DNA of 64,000 bases, taken from positions 672,001 to 736,000 of the forward strand of contig CAWJSJ010000001.1 in assembly GCA_963845565.1 (NCBI GenBank). The letters are read 5' to 3'. Positions 62,670-64,000 of the stretch are shown piece by piece. Position 1 is the stretch's first letter; each line of letters starts with the position of its first letter. The notes under the pieces were generated by a model. That model had not been told where the DNA came from and searched no databases. It was given only the letters and a program-made list of their open reading frames with translations. The position numbers and the translations under genes were made by a program. This stretch comes from an uncultured Methylomirabilota bacterium. Its GTDB lineage: Bacteria; Methylomirabilota; Methylomirabilia; Methylomirabilales; 2-02-FULL-66-22.

Positions 62670-62785
62670 GGTACGGCGCACAACCGATGACCGTCAACGA
62701 AAGGAGGTGGGGTCATTCCTTGTATCAGCCGGAAAGTGTTGCATCTGGTTGGCAACCTCACGTGAGAGAAGGAGGATACGGTACC

Positions 62786-63826
62786 ATGTCTAAGTACGTT
62801 TCGGCGATAGCGGTAGGGATCTGTTTGCTGCTGGTTGGGCTTGCCCCCGGCGCGCTTCCGACGGTGCAGGCCGCGCAGTTCGATATTCGGCTCGGTCACT
62901 CCGATCCCCCGGATATCCACACATCGCGAAAGGCAGCGGGATCCACGGTGTTTAAGAATCTGGTCGAGAACGAGACGGGCGGGGCCGTCAAGATCAACTT
63001 GTTCCCGGCGGGCCAGCTCGGAGCCGAGCGCGAGGTGGCTGAGGCGGTCAAGCTGGGCAGCGTCCAAATGGGAATGCTGTCCGGTCCGTTCAGCGGGTTC
63101 TGCAAGGAAGCGCAGGTGTTCGATATTCCCTATCTCTTCCCGTCGCTCCTCGTGGCGTATCGTACGCTGGACGGGCCGTTTGGCAAGGAGCTGGCGCAGG
63201 AGTGCCTGCAGAAGACTGGCATGCGCATTTTGACCTATGCCCAGGTCGGCTTCCGCAATTTCACGAACTCCGCGCGCGTCATCAAGAGCCCTGCGGATGT
63301 GAAGGGGCTCAAGTTCCGGGTGATGGAGAATCCGGTCTACATGAACCTCGTGCGGTCCATGGGTGGCGCGCCGACGCCGATCCCCTGGCCGGAGACCTAC
63401 ACCGCGCTCCAGCAAAAGGTCGTGGATGGGCAGGAGAATCCGATCTCCGCGATTCAGTTCGCCAAGCTGTATGAGGTGCAGAAGTATATGACCATGGATG
63501 GGCACACCTTCGGCGTGAGCTTCATGCTCATCAATGAGAAGTTCTTCCAGAGTCTGCCCAAGGAGTACCAGGCGATCGTGAAGAATGCGGCCGTGACCTC
63601 GGCGGTTTCCGAGAACGGAATCGACAACCTCGTTTCTGCCATCGGCATCCAGTTTCTGAAGGACAAGGGAATGGAGATCTACACTCCGACAGCCTCGGAG
63701 AAGACCCAGTTCAGGACTGCAGCGCAACCGGCAGTCATCGAGTACCTGGAGAAGCAGATCGGCCGGCCCTGGATCGATAAGGTGCTGAACGCCGTCAAGC
63801 AGACGGAAGCGGCGTTGGCGCAATAA
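62786..63826 (+). CDS. dctP: TRAP transporter substrate-binding protein
   Basis: Signal peptide, GQLG.ERE, GFRNF, GLKFRVM (carboxylate-binding Arg), DGQENP. Confidence 0.92.
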   Translation: MSKYVSAIAVGICLLLVGLAPGALPTVQAAQFDIRLGHSDPPDIHTSRKAAGSTVFKNLVENETGGAVKINLFPAGQLGAEREVAEAVKLGSVQMGMLSGPFSGFCKEAQVFDIPYLFPSLLVAYRTLDGPFGKELAQECLQKTGMRILTYAQVGFRNFTNSARVIKSPADVKGLKFRVMENPVYMNLVRSMGGAPTPIPWPETYTALQQKVVDGQENPISAIQFAKLYEVQKYMTMDGHTFGVSFMLINEKFFQSLPKEYQAIVKNAAVTSAVSENGIDNLVSAIGIQFLKDKGMEIYTPTASEKTQFRTAAQPAVIEYLEKQIGRPWIDKVLNAVKQTEAALAQ

Positions 63827-64000
63827 GGAGAATTTCGCGCACGCTTGGACTCGCGTCCGAGATGGATGTGGCCCTCCCGGTCGGATCGATCATTGGTCGA
63901 GGAGGCGAAGGCCTGACACATGGCACGCTGCGAGGGCAGGCGTTGTTTGTCTGTCCTCGCAGCAGAATGTGCTGATATGAAAGGGGTGCTGCTTCTCACA

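Noticed and set aside
61589..63826. 745-aa ORF suggesting a fused TRAP protein
   Set aside because: The upstream part is an off-frame overlap with dctM; the real DctP starts at 62786 after a GAAGGAGG RBS

Overview
GC-rich bacterial chromosomal window; the gene content and repeat families suggest Methylomirabilota (NC10/Rokubacteria) or a similar lineage, which is an inference only. About 60 CDSs are mostly metabolic. (1) nuoB-nuoI-moaA followed by 2-oxoacid dehydrogenase E1a/E1b/E2. (2) A degenerate IS91-family end with an adjacent RHH/PIN toxin-antitoxin pair. (3) A sugar ABC transporter with an IlvD-family dehydratase, divergent from a liv-type ABC transporter, URO-D-like protein, FGGY kinase and AroK-like kinase. 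(4) LysR with gltBD. (5) A Cys4 MerR regulator heading erpA-nuoB-korAB-glcDEF-prx-nuoI-sod. (6) A cyclase-less DUF5939 protein. (7) A GntR-headed catabolic island (HMG aldolase, Ldh2, SDR, cupin, IolN-like hydrolase, Zn dehydrogenase, AroQ, AOR, TRAP) that may encode an undescribed oxygen-independent cyclitol or quinate route. Three MITE families (8 copies) lie in intergenic spaces. Several single-base frameshifts look like long-read errors. No rRNA, tRNA or CRISPR array was found. All family assignments come from motif recognition, not database searches.
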